A stretch of 44,586 bases of DNA from Acidimicrobiales bacterium (GTDB lineage Bacteria > Actinomycetota > Acidimicrobiia > Acidimicrobiales > Aldehydirespiratoraceae). Below, in pieces: positions 28,577 through 38,255 of this stretch (the stretch's first letter is position 1; every line of letters begins with the position of its first letter). Below the pieces are notes generated by a model that was not told where the DNA came from, made no database searches, and saw only the letters and a list, made by a program, of their open reading frames with translations. The position numbers and the translations under genes are program-made. The stretch is from the NCBI GenBank assembly GCA_040263275.1, contig JBDQKM010000003.1, positions 1-44,586 on the forward strand, in the 5' to 3' direction.

Positions 28577-29443
28577 ATGACCCACGAACGAATCGACCCG
28601 AGCGGCATCCCGGCCATCGACGACTGGAACCGTCTCCTCGACGGCAAGGTCGCCGTCGTCACCGGCGGTGGGGCCGACGGCATCGGCGGCGCCATCAGCG
28701 AACTCTTCGCCGCACACGGGGCGACCGTAGAAGTCGCCGAGGTCGATCCGGACCGGGCCGAGGCGGTGGTCGCCGCGGTGGAGGCCGCCGGAGGTACCGC
28801 CCGCGCCCACGTCGTCGATGTCACCACCGAGGACGGTGTGGCGGCATTGGCGGCATCGGTGCTCGACGCGCATGGTGGTATCGACGTGCTCGTCAACAAC
28901 GTCGGCGACTACCGACCCCTCGTCCGATTCACCGACTCGGGCCCCGAGTCGTGGGAGGCCATGTACCGGATCAACCTCTGGCACATGTTTGCCGTCACCC
29001 AGGCGTTCCTCACCCCCATGATCGAACGCGGCGGCGGATCGATCGTCAACGTCCACTCCGTCGAAGGAATGCGAGGGTTCCCCGGCGAACCGGTCTACGC
29101 CTCGATGAAGGCTGCGGCCGCGCACTTCACCACCTCGCTCGCCGCGGGCTACGGCCGCGAGGGCATTCGGGCGAACGGGATCGGCGTCGACCTTACCCAG
29201 ACGCCCCAGGTCGACTACATCGGCCGCTCGGAGGGTCTCCACGACCTGTGGGAGGCGTGGGCCCCCGTCGGCCGTCTCGGATGGCCCGTCGACCAGGCTC
29301 GGGTCGCCCTGTTCCTCGCCTCCGACATGTCGGCATTCGTGACGGGACACAACATCCCGGTCGACGGGGGTACGCGGGCGGGCGGTGGTTGGTTCTTCAG
29401 CCCCGAAGCCGGGCGCTTCATGAACCGGCCGACCGGGCTCTGA
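28577..29443 (+). CDS. SDR family oxidoreductase
   Basis: TGGGADGIG, DVLVNNVG, YASMK, FVTGHNIPVDGG; this is the C-terminal part of ORF 26300..29443. Confidence 0.9.
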   Translation: MTHERIDPSGIPAIDDWNRLLDGKVAVVTGGGADGIGGAISELFAAHGATVEVAEVDPDRAEAVVAAVEAAGGTARAHVVDVTTEDGVAALAASVLDAHGGIDVLVNNVGDYRPLVRFTDSGPESWEAMYRINLWHMFAVTQAFLTPMIERGGGSIVNVHSVEGMRGFPGEPVYASMKAAAAHFTTSLAAGYGREGIRANGIGVDLTQTPQVDYIGRSEGLHDLWEAWAPVGRLGWPVDQARVALFLASDMSAFVTGHNIPVDGGTRAGGGWFFSPEAGRFMNRPTGL

Positions 29444-29455
29444 GCCGGCCGAGGA

Positions 29456-30235
29456 TCACGCGGTCGGCGATACCGCCGGCCGTCGTGCGACCCGGGCCGC
29501 GAACGCTGCAACCGGCTCGCTCGGGCCCCGGAGCCGTCGGCGAACCTCGTCCTGTGTGAACGCCAGGGTGAGCACGTCAGCGGCCTGGGCGGTCGGACCG
29601 AGCACGACGGGACCGATCGACCAGTCGCCGTCGTGGGTGTCGGGCGACATCACCGACTCGCCGACGATCGCGGCCACCACGCGGGCCCCCACCGACAGGA
29701 ACGGCGCATCGGCGAGCGACGAACGACCGAGGGCCCGACGGATCTGTGAATGGTGGCTCCAACGCTCGAGATACTCGCGCCCGATCGCCTGCCAGAAGGG
29801 CGAGCCCTCTCCGGCGGGAGGCGCGAACATCGGCACCGGCTCCCCCATGAGCATCGGGTCGACGGCCTCGTAGAAGGCCGCCGTCTGTTCGCCGCTCCAG
29901 CGCAGCAGCTCGATCAACATCGACCCGCTGAGGAATCGGGTGGCCTCGACCCACTGGTCGTTGAACGCGTCGAGCAGCGCCCGGAAGTCGGCCCCCGGCA
30001 TCTTCTCGGCCACCACGAACAGGCCCGGCAACGCGCGGTCACGCTGTCGGCTCAACAAACTGAGGTCGTCACCGAGGACATGGGAGGCGATGCCCTTCAC
30101 CGAGTAGGCCGGACACTCGGTGGTCCGCTCCCACTCGTCGGGGGCGAGTCCGGCCAACAGCTCGAGCAACGCGGCTCGCTCGGGTATCAGCACCTCGGTC
30201 ACCGCCGAGATGGTGTGCCCGTCGACCGGATCCAT
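29456..30235 (-). CDS. Maleylpyruvate isomerase N-terminal (MDMPI_N / DinB-like, TIGR03083-like) protein
   Basis: ERAALLELLAGLAPDEWERTTECPAYSVKGIASHVL, ERWSHHSQIRRA. -10 TACCGT lies 6 nt before ATG 30235. Confidence 0.82.
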   Translation of the reverse strand: MDPVDGHTISAVTEVLIPERAALLELLAGLAPDEWERTTECPAYSVKGIASHVLGDDLSLLSRQRDRALPGLFVVAEKMPGADFRALLDAFNDQWVEATRFLSGSMLIELLRWSGEQTAAFYEAVDPMLMGEPVPMFAPPAGEGSPFWQAIGREYLERWSHHSQIRRALGRSSLADAPFLSVGARVVAAIVGESVMSPDTHDGDWSIGPVVLGPTAQAADVLTLAFTQDEVRRRLRGPSEPVAAFAARVARRPAVSPTA

Positions 30236-30286
30236 GGCACGACGGTAGCGGTCCGGCCGGTCGTGGGCCGCCGGTAGGCTCGATGG

Positions 30287-30769
30287 TTGAGTGAGGTTCG
30301 CGAGACGAAGCTTCCCGGCGTCGGAGTACGCCACGAGTTCACGAGCGAGGACGGCACCGACGTGGCCGTCATCGTGCACCACGACGGTCGGCGCGAGCTG
30401 GTCGCCTACGACCACGACGATCCCGACAGCTGCCACTCGCTGGTCCACCTTTCCGAGGTCGACTCGACGACGCTGGGGCAGATGCTCGGGATCAGCCCGG
30501 TCACCGAGACCGTCAGCGAGATCCGCCAGCTGATCGAGGGCCTCGCCCTCGACTGGACGCAGCTGCCTCCCGATTCGGAGGCCGCCGGCCTGCCGATCGG
30601 GTACGGCGAGTTCCGCACGAGGACCGGGGCCTCGATCGTCGCCGTCATCCGCGACGACGTCCCGGTGCCCGCGCCGGAGGCCGATTTCGTCCTCGCAGCC
30701 GGCGACGTCGTGGTCGCGGTCGGGCCGACGGCCGGACTCGACACCCTGCGCTCGATGCTCGGCGGCTGA
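30287..30769 (+). CDS. Cation:proton antiporter regulatory subunit (KhtT-like, RCK_C/TrkA-C)
   Basis: VRETKLPGVGVRHEF, HHDGRREL, RTRTGASIVAVIR, GDVVVAVG. -10 TAGGCT lies 6 nt before the TTG. Confidence 0.88.
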   Translation: MSEVRETKLPGVGVRHEFTSEDGTDVAVIVHHDGRRELVAYDHDDPDSCHSLVHLSEVDSTTLGQMLGISPVTETVSEIRQLIEGLALDWTQLPPDSEAAGLPIGYGEFRTRTGASIVAVIRDDVPVPAPEADFVLAAGDVVVAVGPTAGLDTLRSMLGG

Positions 30770-30793
30770 CCCGGCCGCCATGAGCGACCCCAC

Positions 30794-32005
30794 ATGATCC
30801 TCGCGGCGGGTTCCACCGACACCGCCATCGCCTTCCTCGAGGTCGGCGCAGTCGTCTTCGGACTCGGCCTCCTGTCCCGCGTGGCGAGTCGGCTCGGCAT
30901 CACCGCGGTCCCCCTCTATCTCATCGCCGGCCTCGCCTTCGGCGACGGCGGCCTGGCCGAACTCGACGTGACCGAGGACTTCGTGTCGCTGGCCGCCGAG
31001 ATCGGCGTCCTCCTCCTCCTCCTCTTCACGCTCGGCCTCGAGTACAGCGACGAAGAACTCCGCAGCGGCCTCCGGACCGGAGTCCCGCCGGGCCTCGTCG
31101 ACATGGTCTTCAACGCCGGGGCCGGGTTTGCGGTCGGAATGCTCCTCGGATGGGACCCGCTCGCGGCGGTCCTGCTCGGCGGGGTGAGCTGGGTCTCGTG
31201 CTCGGGCGTCATCTCCAAGGTGTTCGACGACCTCGAACGGCTCGGCAACCGCGAGACGCCCGTGGTCCTCAACCTGCTCGTGATCGAGGACCTCGCGATG
31301 GCGATCTACCTGCCCGTGGTCGCCGCCCTGATCGTCGGCGGGACCGTGACGGAAACCACGATCAGCGTGGGTGTCGCCCTCGCGGTCGTCGCCCTCATCC
31401 TGATGATCGCGCTGCGCTACGGGCAACCCCTGAGCCGGCAGCTCGGCACCGGCTCCAACGAGTCGGTGCTCCTCGGGGTGTTCGGGCTGATGCTGCTGGT
31501 CGCCGGGGCCGCCCAGCTCTTCGAGGTGTCGGGGGCGATCGGTGCCTTCCTCGTCGGCCTGGCCCTCTCGGGCAAGGCCGAGGAGCGGGCGCTCGAGCTG
31601 ATGTCGCCGCTCCGCGATCTCTTCGCGGCCACGTTCTTCGTCTTCTTCTCGTTCCAGATCGACCCTGCCGACCTCCTCGACGTGGCCGGCTGGGCGCTGC
31701 TCCTCGCCCTGGTCTCGGCGCTCACCAAGACGGCAACCGGCTGGTACGCCGCCCGCCGTCGTGGGGTCGGAAGTCGCGGTCGCCTCCGGGCCGGCACGGT
31801 CCTGATTGCCCGCGGCGAGTTCTCGATCGTGATCGCCGCGCTGGGCGCCGATCTGGCCGACGGTCCCGAGCTCGGGGCCCTGGCCGCCGGCTACGTCCTC
31901 ATCACCGCCATCGTCGGTCCGCTCGCCACCCGGTTCTCCGATCAGATCTCGACGATGACGACCCGCCGTCGCGAAGCCCGCTCGGCGCGACTGGCGACCG
32001 GCTGA
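30794..32005 (+). CDS. Cation:proton antiporter, CPA2 family (KhtU-like)
   Basis: LFTLGLEYS, RLGNRETP, LVIEDLAMA, PLRDLFAATFF, RGEFSIVIA; many TM helices. Confidence 0.92.
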   Translation: MILAAGSTDTAIAFLEVGAVVFGLGLLSRVASRLGITAVPLYLIAGLAFGDGGLAELDVTEDFVSLAAEIGVLLLLLFTLGLEYSDEELRSGLRTGVPPGLVDMVFNAGAGFAVGMLLGWDPLAAVLLGGVSWVSCSGVISKVFDDLERLGNRETPVVLNLLVIEDLAMAIYLPVVAALIVGGTVTETTISVGVALAVVALILMIALRYGQPLSRQLGTGSNESVLLGVFGLMLLVAGAAQLFEVSGAIGAFLVGLALSGKAEERALELMSPLRDLFAATFFVFFSFQIDPADLLDVAGWALLLALVSALTKTATGWYAARRRGVGSRGRLRAGTVLIARGEFSIVIAALGADLADGPELGALAAGYVLITAIVGPLATRFSDQISTMTTRRREARSARLATG

Positions 32006-32012
32006 GCCGGAC

Positions 32013-32648
32013 TCAGGCCGGGAGGACCACGTCGTAGGCGCAGGTGTGGGCTCCGGCGGTCTTGTGCGTCACCCGTTCGACGGCGGCACCGGGGATCAGG
32101 TCACGGATGAAGTCGAGCTCGCTGGTACACGCCTGGCGGTATCGATTGGCGACGGTCCACACCGGACAGTTGTGGAGGTTGATCCTGAAGCGGCCCTCGC
32201 CGACCTCGTCGGCATCGGCCAGGTAACCCTGCGCGTCGAGCAACTCCGCCACCGTGGCGATCAGTTCCGGACCCGACAGACCAACGACCCGGTCACGGGC
32301 ATCGGCGACCATCTGCTGACGCCGCCGATCGAAGATCCGGGCCACCAGGTCGGGATCCTCGGCTTCGAGGTGACCGAGCAGTTCGACCGACAGCCGGGCG
32401 TCGTCGGCCTCGAAGCACGGTTCGGCGCGATCCGTCGCCCGATACCGATTGGCGGGGCGTCCGGGACGGCCCTGTTCGCGACGGGAAGTGACGAGTCCGC
32501 TGGCCTCCAACGCCGAGACCTGTTGGCGCACAGCACTGGCGGTGACCCCGAGGACGTCACACAGTTCATCGACCGTCGCCTCGCCCCGCCGCTTCAACGC
32601 GACGAGCAGACGCCGCTGTGGGTCGCTGAGGGTGGGCACGGGGGCCAT
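32013..32648 (-). CDS. sufR: SufR-like Fe-S transcriptional regulator (HTH)
   Basis: N-terminal HTH (LGVTASAVRQQVSALE...GRPGRPANRY), C-terminal HNCP-x11-C..EL...HTCAY Cys ligands; divergent from the suf genes. Confidence 0.75.
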   Translation of the reverse strand: MAPVPTLSDPQRRLLVALKRRGEATVDELCDVLGVTASAVRQQVSALEASGLVTSRREQGRPGRPANRYRATDRAEPCFEADDARLSVELLGHLEAEDPDLVARIFDRRRQQMVADARDRVVGLSGPELIATVAELLDAQGYLADADEVGEGRFRINLHNCPVWTVANRYRQACTSELDFIRDLIPGAAVERVTHKTAGAHTCAYDVVLPA

Positions 32649-32766
32649 ATCGGGCAGAATAGCAGCAGGCCAACGTTTCCGTACTTTCCCAAGTTGGAAC
32701 TGTCGAAACCTTGGTATCCTGCGAAACGAGAACCCAACCGGCCGAAGGGCCACTGCGAGGAGCGAC
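32649..32766. promoter_or_regulatory. Divergent sufR/fdx-suf promoter region
   Basis: Minus-strand extended -10 TGcTATTCT 7 nt before the sufR ATG; plus-strand extended -10 TGgTATCCT at 32712-32720; TTCC-N6-GGAA at 32686-32699; GAGGAG RBS. Confidence 0.6.
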
Positions 32767-33030
32767 ATGAAGGTCTGGATCGACCAGGATCTCTGCACCG
32801 GCGACGGTCTCTGCGAAGAGATCGCATCCGACGTCTTCTTCGGACTCGACGACGGCCTGTTCTACGTCAAGGAGTCCGAGGGCAACTTCGGCACCGAGAA
32901 GCTCTTCGACGGCACCGCCAACCCGGCCGGCGCCGAGGGCATGGCTCGGATCCCCGACGGCGGCATCGACCGCGTGATCGAGGCGGCCGAGGAATGCCCC
33001 GGCGAGTGCATCTTCATCGAGGTCGAGTAG
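32767..33030 (+). CDS. Ferredoxin, single cluster (CxxDxxC...CP)
   Basis: [24 protein letters not shown]...[14 protein letters not shown]; GAGGAG RBS. Confidence 0.92.
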   Translation: MKVWIDQDLCTGDGLCEEIASDVFFGLDDGLFYVKESEGNFGTEKLFDGTANPAGAEGMARIPDGGIDRVIEAAEECPGECIFIEVE

Positions 33031-33064
33031 CGACGACGTCGGCGACGGACCCGAAGGGACTGCG

Positions 33065-35285
<2,221 letters not shown>

Positions 35286-35289
<4 letters not shown>

Positions 35290-36476
35290 ACGGCACCGCG
35301 ACCGCGGCCCTGCCAGCACTCCCCACCAAGCGCGACGAAGCGTGGCGCTATGCGCCCCATGCCGAACTCGTCCGGCTCACCTTCGGTCCAGCCGACGCGG
35401 CGGTCGACGTCCCGGCCGAGATCGAGGCCCAGATCCCGGATCTCGACGGCCACCGCGTGGTGGTGGTCAACGGTGCGGTCGACACCGGCCGTTCGACGCT
35501 GCCGTCGGTCCCGGGCCTGGCCATCACCCGGCTGTCCGACGCCGACCCGGATGCCGTGGCCGCCCACTTCCCCGCCGACGGTGAACCCGCCGACGCCTTC
35601 GTCGCCTACAACACCCGATTCGGCCGCGACGGTGTCGTCGTGCAGGTCGACGCCGGACACACCATCGAGGCGCCGATCCATCTCGTCGACATCGTGATCC
35701 CGGGTCCCGAACACAACACGACCTCCACCGGCGTCGTCGTCACGCTGGGCGCCGAGAGTCGTGCGACCGTCGTCGAGACCCGGCTCGGCGGGGGTTCGGC
35801 GTTCGGCGCCGCCAACGCCCGCTCGACCATCACCATCGGCGACGGCGCCACGCTCGACCACATCGTCGTCCAGGACGCCCCCGACACCCAGATCAGCCTC
35901 ACCCGCATCGACGTCACCCAGGGCGCCGGCAGCACCTACCGGGGACGATCGTTCAACCTCGGCGCAATCTACGGCCGGGTCGCCTCCACCGTTCGGCTCG
36001 CGGGCGAGGGCGCCCACGCCGACCTCTCGGGTCTCTACTTCGGGTTCGGCGACCAGTCGCTCGACCAGCAGGTCGACATCGTCCACGCCGCCGAGAACTG
36101 CACGAGCCGCCAGTCGTACCGCGGCGTGCTCGACGACGCGAGCACCGGCATCTTCAGCGGGGGCATCGACGTGCGCCCCGGCGCCAACGGCACCGATGCC
36201 GAGCAGGAGAACCACAACCTCATCCTCTCCGACCGGGCCGAGGCCAACACCCAGCCTCGACTCGAGATCCTGGCCGACGACGTCGCCTGCAAGCACGGTG
36301 CGACCGTGGGCCAGCTCGACGAGACGGCGCTCTACTACATGCGCTCCCGCGGCATCCGCGAGGCCGATGCCCGACGCCTGCTGATCAACGGTTTCGCCGA
36401 TCAGGTCGTCGACGACGTCGACTACGACACGCTGCGGGCATGGATCATCGACCGGCTCGGACACGCCGATGCGTGA
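35286..36476 (+). CDS. sufD: Fe-S cluster assembly protein SufD
   Basis: LPTKRDEAWRY, beta-helix region, PRLEILADDVACKHGATVGQLD, YYMRSRGI; GTGA overlap with sufC. Confidence 0.93.
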
Positions 36477-37035
36477 GACGCCGGTCAACCTCGGGGGACC
36501 CAAGGAGTTCGTCCTGCCCCGCCCCGCGAAGGCCACGATCGTCCCGGCCGGTCACCCGATCGTGCTGGCCGAGGGCGACACGGTCACGCTGCTCCAAGCC
36601 CTCGGCGGCACCGCCACGGTCACCACCGGCGACGGCGAGATGGCGCGCCTCACCCCGGCCGACTCCATCGAGTTCGGCTTCATCGAGGCCCCGGCGGCTC
36701 GCAGCGACGACGCGGGCGCCGACTTCAGCGTCGACCAGGTGTGGGAGGCGGCCGCCACCGTCTTCGACCCGGAGATCCCCGTCGACATCGTCGAACTCGG
36801 ACTCGTCTACCGCGTCGATGCCGAAGAGCTCCCCAACGGCGGCTGGCGGGTCGAGATCGACATGTCGGTCACCGCACCGTTCTGCGGCATGGGCGACATC
36901 ATGCGCCAGGACCTCCACGACGCCGTGGCCCGCATCCCCGGGGTCGACTTCGTCGACGTCCAGCTGGTGTTCGATCCACCGTGGGACAGCTCCCGCCTGT
37001 CCGACGTCGCCCGACTCGAACTGGGAATGATGTGA
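36469..37035 (+). CDS. sufT: Fe-S cluster assembly protein SufT (DUF59/MIP18, long form with N-terminal extension)
   Basis: QALGGTATV..GEMARL N-terminal domain; VFDPEIPVDIVELGLVY, TAPFCGMG, VFDPPWD..RLSDVARLELGM. Confidence 0.88.
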   Translation: MRETPVNLGGPKEFVLPRPAKATIVPAGHPIVLAEGDTVTLLQALGGTATVTTGDGEMARLTPADSIEFGFIEAPAARSDDAGADFSVDQVWEAAATVFDPEIPVDIVELGLVYRVDAEELPNGGWRVEIDMSVTAPFCGMGDIMRQDLHDAVARIPGVDFVDVQLVFDPPWDSSRLSDVARLELGMM

Positions 37036-37050
37036 GCCCGCCGGATCGCC

Positions 37051-37767
37051 TCAGCGCGATCCGGTCGTCCACACGAGAACCTCGGCCCCTTCCGGCCCCG
37101 CCGTCAGTGACCGGGGTCCGGCGGCGGTGAGACGCACGGCGTCGCCGGTGCCGAGGGACGTTGTCCCCATCGTCGCCTGACCGCGCGCCACGAACACATG
37201 GACGAACGGCGCGTCGGGAACGTCGACGCGTTCGTCCCGGCGGAGGCGGCCACCCCACAGCACGGCGTCACGCTGGTGAATCCGGATGGCATGGTCGTGA
37301 CCCTGCCCCGAGGCGATGGGCACGAGACCACCACCGTCGAGCCGGTCGTTGACGTCGAGTTGTTCGTAGCCGGGGTCGATCGAGGCCGTGTCGGGCACCA
37401 CCCACATCTGGATGAAGTGGGCCTCGTCCTCGGCACTGGCGTTCATCTCGGAGTGCCAGATGCCGCGGCCGGCGCTCATGCGCTGGGCCAGACCCGGATA
37501 GATGACCCCCTCGTTGCCCTCGGAATCGCGGTGCTCCAGCGCACCCTCGAGCACCCAGGTCACGATCTCCATGTCGCGATGCGGGTGCGTGTCGAATCCG
37601 CCACCACCGGCGACGCGATCGTCGTTGAGCACGATGAGTTGGCCGTGGCCGGTGTTGTGGGGGTCGTGATGCCGGCCGAAGCTGAACGAGTGCTTCGAGT
37701 CGAGCCAGCCGAAGTCGGAGGCGAAGCGCTCGTCGGCCCGCCGGATGTCGATCGTGGTGTCGGTCAT
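37051..37767 (-). CDS. Pirin family protein (YhhW/quercetinase-like)
   Basis: GWLDSKHSFSF, LNDDRV, GFDTHPHRDMEIVTWV, HRDSEGN, QRMSAGRGIWHSEMN, FIQMW. Confidence 0.93.
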   Translation of the reverse strand: MTDTTIDIRRADERFASDFGWLDSKHSFSFGRHHDPHNTGHGQLIVLNDDRVAGGGGFDTHPHRDMEIVTWVLEGALEHRDSEGNEGVIYPGLAQRMSAGRGIWHSEMNASAEDEAHFIQMWVVPDTASIDPGYEQLDVNDRLDGGGLVPIASGQGHDHAIRIHQRDAVLWGGRLRRDERVDVPDAPFVHVFVARGQATMGTTSLGTGDAVRLTAAGPRSLTAGPEGAEVLVWTTGSR

Positions 37768-37796
37768 GCACGTGTCAACCCGTTCCCGCCGTATAT

Positions 37797-37812
37797 ATTT
37801 CCATCTGGAAAT
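37797..37812. promoter_or_regulatory. Perfect inverted repeat ATTTCCA-TC-TGGAAAT, candidate MarR operator
   Basis: 7-2-7 palindrome in the 62-bp AT-rich gap between the divergent pirin and marR genes. Confidence 0.7.
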
Positions 37813-37829
37813 GAATTGAGGTCCTCGAC

Positions 37830-38255
37830 ATGACATCGCACGAGGTCGACATGGTGGCCCTGTGGGAGCACCTGCTCCGTTTCCAGCGATCGAGCGTCGC
37901 CGAGATGAACCGCACGCTCGTCGAGTCGTTCGGCCACTCCCTCGACGAGTACGACGTGTTGCACCAGCTGGCCGGCGCCGAGGAACCGTTGCGGATGGGC
38001 GACCTCGCCGAACGGCTGCTGGTGGCCAACAGCTCGTGCACCCGACTCGTCCAACGGTTGGTCGAATCGGGCCACGCCCAGCGCAGTCCCGGGCCCCACG
38101 ACCGCCGCGAGGTGCGGGTCGAGCTCACGGCCGAAGGTCGGCGGCTCCACCGCCGTCTCGCGGCGCGGCACACCCGCGACATACACCGGCTGATGCAACC
38201 GATGGTCGACGAACTCAGAGCGCTCGTAGCGCCGAGCGAATCCGCTTCTCGCTGA
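37830..38255 (+). CDS. MarR family transcriptional regulator
   Basis: SLDEYDVLHQL, LRMGDLAERLL...SSCTRLVQRLVESG, DRREVRVELTAEG. Confidence 0.92.
   Translation: MTSHEVDMVALWEHLLRFQRSSVAEMNRTLVESFGHSLDEYDVLHQLAGAEEPLRMGDLAERLLVANSSCTRLVQRLVESGHAQRSPGPHDRREVRVELTAEGRRLHRRLAARHTRDIHRLMQPMVDELRALVAPSESASR

Noticed and set aside
26300-29443. 1047-aa ORF as a genuine JmjC-SDR multidomain protein
   Set aside because: The middle ~520 codons are the antisense of GT39 and an off-frame reading of a clear GT2 gene. The SDR has its own plausible start at 28577.
30287-32005. KhtT/KhtU-like pair as a novel system
   Set aside because: This is a known two-component K+/H+ antiporter arrangement, common in Actinobacteria.
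32686-32699. Shared regulator for the suf site (TTCC-N6-GGAA) and the marR/pirin site (TTCC-N4-GGAA)
   Set aside because: The half-site spacing differs and each region has its own adjacent regulator. A 4-bp resemblance is too weak.
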